32,000 bases of DNA from Nitrosospira multiformis ATCC 25196 (GTDB lineage Bacteria; Pseudomonadota; Gammaproteobacteria; Burkholderiales; Nitrosomonadaceae). A program made the position numbers and the translations under genes. The number at the start of each line of letters is the position of its first letter. Position 1 is the first letter of the stretch. The stretch is from assembly GCF_000196355.1 (NCBI RefSeq), contig NC_007614.1, forward strand, positions 1,650,001-1,682,000. The letters run 5' to 3'. Shown here piece after piece: positions 17,405 through 25,089 of the stretch. The notes beneath the pieces are model-generated. The model was not told the origin of the DNA, ran no database searches, and saw only the letters and a list, made by a program, of their open reading frames with translations.

Positions 17405-17644
17405 TATAGGGAACAGTTCCCTTGCCACTTTTGTTCAGAATGACAGGCTCATCGTCACCTTCATCGTCGCTCTCCTTGCTAAGCATGGCATCCTTCACAT
17501 CGGGGGATTTCTCCTTTCCCTCTTCCTCCGGTGCTTCCTGCCTGGCTAGTACCTCCAAAAGCTTGCCCGGATCGCTTTCCGATATCTCGATTTGTTCCGC
17601 TGAAGGTTTACAATTTGCTCATCCGTAAGCTGATCTACTTCCAT
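17405..17644 (-). pseudogene. Scaffolding-gene 5' remnant (truncated and frameshifted)
   Basis: The minus strand from the ATG at 17644 gives MEVDQLTDEQIVNL, against MKVDQLTDEQIANL in the scaffold. A 1-nt deletion then shifts the frame. The other frame continues ...LEVLARQEAPEEEGKEKSPDVKD...DDEPVILNKSGKGTVPY, matching scaffold residues ~30-81. Homology stops after PY at ~17405. Confidence 0.85.
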
Positions 17645-17782
17645 CTTTCATCCAAATGCTTAACAGTGAGGCCTGCCTTAGCAGGATTGAAAAAAGAAAC
17701 CCCTGAACAGCACAAGAATTGCGTTATCCAGGGGTTTCAGGGATTACTACTACATTATTGCCACTAGCATTCGTATGAAAGC

Positions 17783-17814
17783 AAAAAAAAACCGCCAATG
17801 TTTCCAGAGGCGGT
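17783..17814 (-). terminator. Intrinsic terminator T3 (GAAA tetraloop)
   Basis: The minus strand reads ACCGCCUCUG-GAAA-CAUUGGCGGU followed by U9, 30 nt after the stop of 17844..19415. Confidence 0.8.
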
Positions 17815-17843
17815 GGCTCTTGATTGATTGTTTGGTTCGATCT

Positions 17844-19415
17844 CTATCTATATCTCAATGTATAACGCGGAGTGTTCGTTACGTCTTCCACTGCCCCAAT
17901 ATTGGGAGTGTTATAAAACTGTTTTCCGTAATAATCCTTGCCTCCAAGATAAGCTCCAGCCCGTTTTACTTTTGAAGAGTGGGGGCGATAATTGGGATCG
18001 AGGCCCGGGTTTACATTGAGACTGGAAGCATTTAAAGCTTGGGTTCCTGATTTGAAGCCAAAAAATACGTTGTTTGATTCTCGGTTCCAAGCTCCCGAGT
18101 CATACCGAATATCAAACGCCCCAAGATCTTTGGCTGTGAATATGTTGTTTTTGCAAAAATTGGAATCAGCGGGAAAGGTTGTTGGATTCCCGTATATCGC
18201 CGCTAGGTCACAATTTATGAATGTGTTATTGAAGATGTTGCTCACCCGCCCAGGAGTCTGGTTTCCGTAAAAAACTCCCATGTGACAATTCTTTATGACA
18301 TTCCCGTAGCAAGTGATGTTGGTAGCCTCATAGATGATTCCAATTCCGGCTCCGGCTGTGAAATTAGCGGGGCCCACCAAGTTTTCAAGGTAGTTACCAT
18401 AGGCGAGACATCCGTCTGCTCCGTGGTCAAACAGAAGACCACAGCCATCGTAGATAACTGAAGAGATGTTCTTCGCAGAGTTGTGCCTTATGATATAGCT
18501 TCCATACATAATATTGGCAAACCCGGTTGTACCCTGCAGGCCGTCCGCTATATTATTTTCGATTACATTCTGACCAAAGTCTGAGGTATCTGTTTGAATG
18601 AATCCCCCCACGACAATCCCCCCGCCAAGATCGCCTACTCTAGTTTGATTATTTATCTTATTCCCATAAATCTTCACACCCTTGTTACGACCAGTTTTGG
18701 GGACATACGCCTTGATCGCAGCGCCGCCGCAATTGGTAAATGTGTTTCTATGGATGTCGAGATCGTATATATGAACATTGGACGGATTTAATTCTGTTCC
18801 TAATGCGTTTGTGCTGGCGAGAAGCACAATCACTCCCTGCTGGGCCGAACATCCAGTGAAGGTATTGTTCGTAATTTTAAGGTTCTCGATATATGTATTA
18901 ATCCCACTTTGCGGCCACCAGCTAATTGCCGCTCCGGCACCTCCGCCAACTCCGCCATTGAACGTGTTGCCATCTATTGTGGTATTGATCCAGCTCCAAG
19001 TGTTTATCGAGAAAAATTCGATGCACGGGAAGGACGAACCGTAGAAGGTACAGTTTTTAATTACAAGACCGGTCTGGGGAGTTCCACTAGGCACAATGCA
19101 TCTGTTTTGAGATGTAATTGTCAGTGCCTCAACGGTTATTGAAGAACGATTTACATTGAAATAGATATTGTTGCCCCTAAAAGAAAGCGATCCAGACTCA
19201 GATGAGTGGTTCCCCCTGATAGTGACGCCAGTAACATTGCCTAGCGCAATAACTGAAGTATATGTGTGCGCTCCACAGATGTATAAAGTGTCTCCGGTAT
19301 TTACTCCTGAAGTGCCCCAAACAATCTCGGACCAGCCTCCCCAGGCAAAATCATAAGACTGCCCGTTGCGCGTTCCGCTGTGTGATGTGTCAGGACGAAT
19401 GAACCACTCCGCCAT
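17844..19415 (-). CDS. Right-handed parallel beta-helix protein (pectate-lyase-like tailspike/depolymerase candidate), 523 aa
   Basis: Repeated N-x-(I/F)-x-N-N/C turns (IKNCTFYG, IDGNTFNGG, ITNNTFTGC, IHRNTFTNC, IYGNKINN, IENNIADG, IRHNSAKN, YGNYLEN, YGNVIKNC, FNNTFINC, CKNNIFT). The N-terminus WFIRPDTSHSGTRNGQSYDFAW is typical of such enzymes. Confidence 0.75.
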   Translation of the reverse strand: MAEWFIRPDTSHSGTRNGQSYDFAWGGWSEIVWGTSGVNTGDTLYICGAHTYTSVIALGNVTGVTIRGNHSSESGSLSFRGNNIYFNVNRSSITVEALTITSQNRCIVPSGTPQTGLVIKNCTFYGSSFPCIEFFSINTWSWINTTIDGNTFNGGVGGGAGAAISWWPQSGINTYIENLKITNNTFTGCSAQQGVIVLLASTNALGTELNPSNVHIYDLDIHRNTFTNCGGAAIKAYVPKTGRNKGVKIYGNKINNQTRVGDLGGGIVVGGFIQTDTSDFGQNVIENNIADGLQGTTGFANIMYGSYIIRHNSAKNISSVIYDGCGLLFDHGADGCLAYGNYLENLVGPANFTAGAGIGIIYEATNITCYGNVIKNCHMGVFYGNQTPGRVSNIFNNTFINCDLAAIYGNPTTFPADSNFCKNNIFTAKDLGAFDIRYDSGAWNRESNNVFFGFKSGTQALNASSLNVNPGLDPNYRPHSSKVKRAGAYLGGKDYYGKQFYNTPNIGAVEDVTNTPRYTLRYR

Positions 19416-19991
19416 TTAATCCCCCACGAAATGCAGCACTCGATAGTATTCGAGTTTAAGCGCATCGCCATTGCTTGCTCTCTGTCCGGTAATATCGAAC
19501 GTGACACTGTTTGCAAAGTTAATAGTGTAAGTTGCTGGAGTATCCGATCCTGCCGTTACGTACGCATTGTCGTAAGGTTGTATTTGCGCCGTCAGGGAAT
19601 TACGATTTGCCAGAACGATGAGCGGCGCTTCTTTGACAGACATCGTGCGGGTGGCACCGTAAACTGTCACACCGTCAACCCTGACTTTCAGAATCTTGTT
19701 GTTCGCGCTACTGCTGAATGTCCACACCGGCTCGATCTGGAGGATGCTGTTGACGCCGATGATTCCCCCATGAACGGTAAACGACCCCAAAACCTCATCC
19801 GTCGCCGTCAAGGCGCATGAGGCAGCCACAGCCGAACTCGCCAGTACCTCTACCGGCTTAGTAACTGCCGGATAATCTTCGGCATCACCTTGAGCGATCA
19901 AAATCGCCTCAGTCACATCATCAAACCTGGAAATTGCGCCCTTACCGTATCTGTATCCCGCCACAGTTTCATCATTCAGAAACCGAATCAT
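19416..19991 (-). CDS. MIRFL-N-terminus protein (191 aa), partner of the beta-helix protein
   Basis: AAGGAG lies 7 nt before the ATG, 13 nt after the portal stop. The first ~40 aa align with the 292-aa proteins. The stop TAA abuts the ATG of the 523-aa gene. Confidence 0.65.
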   Translation of the reverse strand: MIRFLNDETVAGYRYGKGAISRFDDVTEAILIAQGDAEDYPAVTKPVEVLASSAVAASCALTATDEVLGSFTVHGGIIGVNSILQIEPVWTFSSSANNKILKVRVDGVTVYGATRTMSVKEAPLIVLANRNSLTAQIQPYDNAYVTAGSDTPATYTINFANSVTFDITGQRASNGDALKLEYYRVLHFVGD

Positions 19992-20004
19992 CTTGTTACT
20001 CCTT

Positions 20005-21999
20005 TTATGCGGATAATGCGTTACCTATCTGACAATCAGCAATCTTCTCCGCCTCCAGACGGAATTTAGCATCATCCATATCCTCTTTATGCGCCTGCGC
20101 ACGCGCTTTCAAGTCAAGTCCGCATGCCTTAAGCTGCAGCTCAGCCTCCCCCAATCTCTGCTGCAACTCCCCAATCCGCCCTTGCGCCTCCTGTATCATC
20201 TGCTGCACTTGCTGCTGCAAAGCCTGAAACGGGGAATTATCGTCAATGCCTGCCACTTGCCTTAATTGATGGGCCAACTCATGCCGGTTCGGGACATTGG
20301 ACAGCTCGAGCATTACCGGATAAAGTACGGCCTGAAACCGAGGGGGCGCGGCTTGTACGATTTGCGACATAGCTTGCAACTGCTGCGCGCGAAATGTCGG
20401 AGTAGCAGGAATATCCTCAAGCACGACTTTGACCATTGCAGAAGCAATGTCGTTGTGTACCAACCCGTCATCCAACTGGCGATTGAAATAAACCACCTTT
20501 GGTTTATTACCTTGCTGGACTGTAATTTGCGCGGGTCTTCCAATCAGGTCCTCCTTGATCAGCGCAAGAAGTTGCTGGCCAACAAGTCGGCGAGCATGTC
20601 GAAAATTATCATTGGGCTCCGCCAACACGGTCGACCCCTGTTCCACGAGACTGTTGATCGCCACACCGCTGCTTGCTGAGGTATGCGCTCCCAGCATAGT
20701 GCGGTAGATTCCGCCCACTTCCTCGATCCTGCGCTTGCGTTCCTGCACGAGCTGAAACACTTGAGCGGCAAGCTGGTGCTCGCGTATTACCCTGAAGCCA
20801 CTGGTATTCCTTCGCTGAGAGTTGAGGATGGTCATCGAGCGCAGACTGCTTATATTATTCGCCACCTCCTGATAGGAATTCTGGCTGAGATCAAGCGCAT
20901 CATTGTCCACTTCGACTTTTACCGAATTGAGGACTTCATAGAGAAGAATATCCAGATCGATAATCTGATCCTGCGGTCCCCGCATGTCACGAATCAATCC
21001 GTAGGGAGCTCGACTCCTATCCTTGCGAAAGCACCAGAATGGAACATATGGAAAATCTGAATGGGGTAATGGACTCGGAACATCCATGAGTTTATGCGGC
21101 CCCAACCAGATCGAGACCCGCATCCTGGTGAGAACCGATTTCTGGACCTGCACGAGACCTTGGGCAACCGCTGCCTGATGGTATGGGTTATCCTCGCGGT
21201 ATTCGATTATCTTTCCATCGGTCAATACCAGGACGTATGCATCCTCGAAATGCCGATACCACAACTCGGAGAGCCTGACCATACCCGAGTTCCGGTTCAG
21301 GTAATCTTCCTGGGTGCGATTCCATGCCTGCTCGATTTCATATGCTCGCGCCAAGCCGTTATCATAACCTTCATACACGTCAGTCCCATTCCACCCCTTC
21401 CAGCTATTTGCAATGATTTCCGCCCGGTCGGGGAACATGAGGGCGGCCTGAAGCCGGTCTATCCACTTATCGCGTCGCAAATATCGCGCATCGGACAAAT
21501 CCGGCTCCCTTGAACTCCAGTCCCAATAAATTTCGTTGCGGTGCACCTCCCGGACACGATATGGATATTTGAGCGCATCAAATTCCCGGGATATTTCTAC
21601 CCAACCAATGCCCGCCCGAATCATGCTGGAATACGCGTCTGACATGGCCCGGTCAGCGCGTGACTCGGTTTCGGCCTCCTTGATTTTTGCGGAAAGACCT
21701 TCCGCAATTTCTGCCTGACTCTCATCATCCGCCGTCACCCTGTAATCCGTTCGGCTACGCGCTTCCAATCCCAATACCGCGTTGATCGTCGGTTTGATCA
21801 GATTGGAATCCTGGGGCGGGATACCGGCCATCTTCAGTCGTCCGATCACCTCCGAGCTGGTCTGTGCGCCGTCGTAATAATCACAGTCCGTGTCCGAGTC
21901 CGACCGCCACTTCGGTTGATCCCGAATATCGCGGCATATTTTGTCGTAAGCCTCAATCGAAATATCTGCCGTAACACCTGCCTCAGTCATGCCCGCCAA
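20005..21999 (-). CDS. Portal protein (664 aa)
   Basis: Large ORF overlapping the terminase stop by 13 nt. The long C-terminal Gln-rich coiled coil (QALQQQVQQMIQEAQGRIGELQQRLGEAELQLK) resembles the P22-type portal barrel. Its position between terminase and head genes supports the call. Confidence 0.75.
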   Translation of the reverse strand: MAGMTEAGVTADISIEAYDKICRDIRDQPKWRSDSDTDCDYYDGAQTSSEVIGRLKMAGIPPQDSNLIKPTINAVLGLEARSRTDYRVTADDESQAEIAEGLSAKIKEAETESRADRAMSDAYSSMIRAGIGWVEISREFDALKYPYRVREVHRNEIYWDWSSREPDLSDARYLRRDKWIDRLQAALMFPDRAEIIANSWKGWNGTDVYEGYDNGLARAYEIEQAWNRTQEDYLNRNSGMVRLSELWYRHFEDAYVLVLTDGKIIEYREDNPYHQAAVAQGLVQVQKSVLTRMRVSIWLGPHKLMDVPSPLPHSDFPYVPFWCFRKDRSRAPYGLIRDMRGPQDQIIDLDILLYEVLNSVKVEVDNDALDLSQNSYQEVANNISSLRSMTILNSQRRNTSGFRVIREHQLAAQVFQLVQERKRRIEEVGGIYRTMLGAHTSASSGVAINSLVEQGSTVLAEPNDNFRHARRLVGQQLLALIKEDLIGRPAQITVQQGNKPKVVYFNRQLDDGLVHNDIASAMVKVVLEDIPATPTFRAQQLQAMSQIVQAAPPRFQAVLYPVMLELSNVPNRHELAHQLRQVAGIDDNSPFQALQQQVQQMIQEAQGRIGELQQRLGEAELQLKACGLDLKARAQAHKEDMDDAKFRLEAEKIADCQIGNALSA

Positions 22000-23240
22000 C
22001 CTTTCATATTAATACCTCGCGCACTCGCCGCCGGTTTATCCTCCTCGATTGCCATGGCAAAATAGCGAAAGGCATCGGCTGCATGGCTGTGATAATCATG
22101 TAAGGGCCTTGCGCTGAATTGACCGGAATCACGATCGACATCAAATCGATAATGTCTCAGGCTCTGCAGGCCTTCTGCACAATTCTGTTCATCAAAATAG
22201 CAACGTGGAAAGATGGTTCTCGCCGCGTTGATACCATCATGAATGGAGAGATTTGGCACGATTCTTACCTTTCTTCCCGCCGCAAGCATAATTTCCTCCA
22301 CGCTGCGCCCGGTTGCCAACGTTCGCGCTCTGGCATCGTGCGGCAACCAGTCTGTACCATACATATACCCTTTGTTTTGCAGCACTCCGATATAATGCTG
22401 AATTGGCATCTGGCTATTACTGTAGTAATCGATCAATCTGAGTTCGTTGCCAACAGTCTGCGCAAACCAGATGCTGGTGTTGTCTGCCCAACCAAGATCG
22501 AAGAAGGTGTGGACCGGCTTTGCCTCATCATATGGCACGCTTCGTATCCTTCCTTCTTCCTGCGCCAATCGAAGCTCCTTCGCATATACCGCTCCCTCCA
22601 GGGTTACCCTACAATTCCCTTCCCATACATTCTGGTAAGCATCCGGATCACGCGCTTTCAGTCCATCCTTCTCCCGTCGCAGTATCTCCGGAAACCACGG
22701 GTTGTCATTCCAATTGATTTTTACGACGACAGCGCCCGCAGGGGGATTGACTACAAATCGCTGATGAGTCTCGTCAGTATTGAGTTCAGGATTGTAGGTC
22801 ACCCAGATTTCCGACCCCTCTTTACGAATGGTCGGAATAAGCGTATCCCAACTTGTCTTGCTCACTGTCTGGGCTTCTTCCACCCAGACTCTATCCACAC
22901 CTTCAAACGACTTGATCCTGGTTACGTTGCTATGCAGACCGGCAAAGATGAACTCGGAACCGTTTATTCCCCGTATAACGTTATTGTGCACCTCGTAAAA
23001 TGAATTTAAGCCGATGGCTTCTATCTGTGCTTTCAATAAATGATGCACGGATTCGACGATAGAATTCTGAAACTCTCGTACGCATAAAATACGCAATGGA
23101 GTTGCAGCCGCCTGAATCAACAATGCCCTGGCAACACCCCAGCTTTTTGCACCCCCCCTTCCCCCGTATAAGATTTTGTAACGTGCCGGCTCAAACAGAA
23201 ACCTGAGCTTTATCGGAAATTCAGCTCTATGGGAAGTCAT
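21987..23240 (-). CDS. Terminase large subunit
   Basis: Walker A YGGRGGAKSWG near the N-terminus, then VWVEEAQ (Walker B-like), and a C-terminal nuclease-like region (DLGWADNTSIW...DWLPHD). Overall it resembles PBSX/Terminase_3-type TerL. Confidence 0.9.
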   Translation of the reverse strand: MTSHRAEFPIKLRFLFEPARYKILYGGRGGAKSWGVARALLIQAAATPLRILCVREFQNSIVESVHHLLKAQIEAIGLNSFYEVHNNVIRGINGSEFIFAGLHSNVTRIKSFEGVDRVWVEEAQTVSKTSWDTLIPTIRKEGSEIWVTYNPELNTDETHQRFVVNPPAGAVVVKINWNDNPWFPEILRREKDGLKARDPDAYQNVWEGNCRVTLEGAVYAKELRLAQEEGRIRSVPYDEAKPVHTFFDLGWADNTSIWFAQTVGNELRLIDYYSNSQMPIQHYIGVLQNKGYMYGTDWLPHDARARTLATGRSVEEIMLAAGRKVRIVPNLSIHDGINAARTIFPRCYFDEQNCAEGLQSLRHYRFDVDRDSGQFSARPLHDYHSHAADAFRYFAMAIEEDKPAASARGINMKGWRA

Positions 23241-23257
23241 AGCACTTGAGCCGCCAT

Positions 23258-23830
23258 TTACGATGATACATTTGGCTCATTGCCTCTATCTTCCGGAGCG
23301 ACAAAAGCTATCGCGATGTTATGCGCGGCTTTCCTGGCATCGGCGCCTTCGTTGGTAACAGGTAATTTGTCGCCATATTTCCTTGGTGCAAGTCTTGCGG
23401 CATACCATTTGCGGGCATCGATGCGCAATTGAGCACGCGCAATAACTTCCCGGTTTATGACCTCCCGTCCCTTTTCATCCACATACGTATCTCTCGATCC
23501 CTCGTCTGAAATTTCGATGATTTCCTCCGCATAGGCATCCACGCAAAGCTCCTTGGCGCGTTGATATTGGCGCATGAGTTCTTCATCACTCGCCAGCCAA
23601 TTCCATAAAACCCTCTGGCTGATACCGACCTCCACGCACATCGCACGAGCCGATTTTCCAAGTGAAATGCCAGCGAAGATCGCGTCAAGTGCTTCACGCC
23701 TCTTTATGGCTCGACTGCTCTTTTTCGGACTCGCAGGCTCTACGCTTACTGCACCTTTTTCTGCTTCCTCGCTGGATACTTCACCCACAAATTTACAAGT
23801 GCCCGGCTTTATCAGCGCTTCCCTTTCCAT
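23258..23830 (-). CDS. Terminase small subunit
   Basis: HTH-like ISLGKSARAMCVEVGISQRVLWNWL, then RAQLRIDARKWYAARLAPRKYGDK, a common TerS C-terminal signature. It lies directly upstream of TerL. Confidence 0.75.
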   Translation of the reverse strand: MEREALIKPGTCKFVGEVSSEEAEKGAVSVEPASPKKSSRAIKRREALDAIFAGISLGKSARAMCVEVGISQRVLWNWLASDEELMRQYQRAKELCVDAYAEEIIEISDEGSRDTYVDEKGREVINREVIARAQLRIDARKWYAARLAPRKYGDKLPVTNEGADARKAAHNIAIAFVAPEDRGNEPNVSS

Positions 23831-23836
23831 TTCCTC

Positions 23837-24196
23837 TTACATGCTCCTCATACCCTTCTTGCATCCTCTCAACGCGGCAAGTAGTTTGACTTCACACGCC
23901 GATCTTTCTTCTATTTCCGCACGCAGCGCTCTATTGATCGTCAGGGGGTCGTCCTTGATTGACACGCGATCAACCGCGTACGCTGATTTGCACTCGGGCG
24001 GACTGTCAACGAGACAAGGAACAGCAACAGGTTTCTCGATCACCTGAGTCTGAATCACTGGCTTCCCCGCGCAACCGGTTAATAGAGTCGCAAAAACCAG
24101 CGCCAGGTTGGTTGGCAGGCGACGATTGAATCGAAAGGAGCTCCTACGGGAATACGCGAGGTTAAATCTAATCGGTCTGATGGCGGCTCTGCACAT
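23837..24196 (-). CDS. Lipoprotein, o-spanin (Rz1-like) candidate
   Basis: Lipobox LLTGC. The mature part has Pro-rich and Cys-containing segments. It overlaps the 3' end of the upstream TM/coiled-coil gene by 29 nt. The exact start is uncertain because the N-terminal leader is long. Confidence 0.6.
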   Translation of the reverse strand: MCRAAIRPIRFNLAYSRRSSFRFNRRLPTNLALVFATLLTGCAGKPVIQTQVIEKPVAVPCLVDSPPECKSAYAVDRVSIKDDPLTINRALRAEIEERSACEVKLLAALRGCKKGMRSM

Positions 24197-24602
24197 ACTC
24201 TATCTGCTCTCTCGTGATTGCCTCATATTGATGTTCAGCTGCTACTGCTGGAAGGGCACGGGTTTTCTTTGCGCTACTCGTATGCTTTGCCGCAACAGCC
24301 GACGCATGACGCATTGCCTCAGTTGCATTCTTCTCTCTCTCAGCCGCTACTTCTGTCAGCGTAGTCATTGCTGTCCTCACCGATCGGATATCCAATGCGC
24401 ACTTTTCGCTGGCCGCCGACAATATCGCATTCTGCGAATTCAAGCGCTGCAGCTGAGATGCAGATCGCCAGTCACTGACAAGGTATCCGCCGGTAAAAGC
24501 AAGTGCTGCAAAAATGGCAGTCAGGATTACCGTAATCCTCGGTCTGATTGCCTCAATTACTGGTTGGATGGCGTTAATCACGGGTTTGAGTGACGGAATC
24601 AT
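24168..24602 (-). CDS. i-spanin (Rz-like) candidate, 144 aa
   Basis: I prefer the ATG at 24602 (MIPSLKPV...). It has one TM segment (ITVILTAIFAALAFTGGYLV) followed by a helical periplasmic region. The longer track ORF (to 24734) would have to read through two terminator hairpins. Confidence 0.6.
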   Translation of the reverse strand: MIPSLKPVINAIQPVIEAIRPRITVILTAIFAALAFTGGYLVSDWRSASQLQRLNSQNAILSAASEKCALDIRSVRTAMTTLTEVAAEREKNATEAMRHASAVAAKHTSSAKKTRALPAVAAEHQYEAITREQIEYVQSRHQTD

Positions 24603-24632
24603 TTTCTGGTAAACATTTGTATTATTGCCTCG

Positions 24633-24679
24633 AAAAATCCGCGAGAAGCGGACATAAAAAAACCCGCTCCAGGCGGGTT
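24633..24679 (-). terminator. Tandem intrinsic terminators (minus strand) just upstream of the spanin genes
   Basis: The minus strand reads AACCCGCC-UGGA-GCGGGUU followed by U7-8 (24656..24679), then UCCGC-UUCUC-GCGGA followed by U5 (24633..24652). Confidence 0.7.
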
Positions 24680-25089
24680 GACTGTTACTGCAAAGACCTG
24701 ATACGGGTTTAGGGTTAACTGAACGTGTAAACAACTGATCCTGGATTGTCCTCCTTTGTCTCTCATTCGCTCTGGTCCGAGTTTGTAAGGATCGAGGTGA
24801 TGAACGAGACGCAGGGGTGTTTATTGAAGCACCGAGCCTATCGCACTGCTTCAGCTTCGTCTTCTGACATCAATAATGAAGCTGTAAGGCCAATACCCAG
24901 GCACGACATACCGGTCATACCGGTTCAATTATTTCCTGACCCCCTAGCCAAGGCACAGTTTCTTGCAAACATTTTTATCTTCTGCCAAAGTTTTATTACC
25001 CCTGCTACTAGAAGTAAAAAACGGCTTACTTGCCAATTTTTCTTATTTGATGCTATGCATGGGAATGTTAGACTTCGACAGATCAGATA

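Noticed and set aside
17271-17558. 95-aa ORF from the track as a real small gene
   Set aside because: It is the frameshifted scaffold remnant reading through into the leader and opposite frame of the 292-aa gene. I annotated it as a pseudogene instead.
22119-23003. Long plus-strand ORF (294 aa) opposite the terminase gene
   Set aside because: It is antisense to a TerL with clear Walker A and nuclease motifs. The translated sequence has no recognisable features. It is a shadow ORF.
24603-24734. N-terminal extension of the i-spanin candidate (track ORF starting at TTG 24734)
   Set aside because: The extension would have to be translated through two terminator hairpins with U-tracts, and it adds no TM or other motif. 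The strong AAGGAGG at ~24752 has no start codon at a workable spacing. I prefer the ATG at 24602.
24890-24935. GGTTCAAtt and repeated ccggtcatac/cggttcaatt motifs as a possible tRNA fragment or att site
   Set aside because: No cloverleaf can be drawn (no acceptor or anticodon stems). The second copy of any att core would lie outside the window, so this is untestable here.
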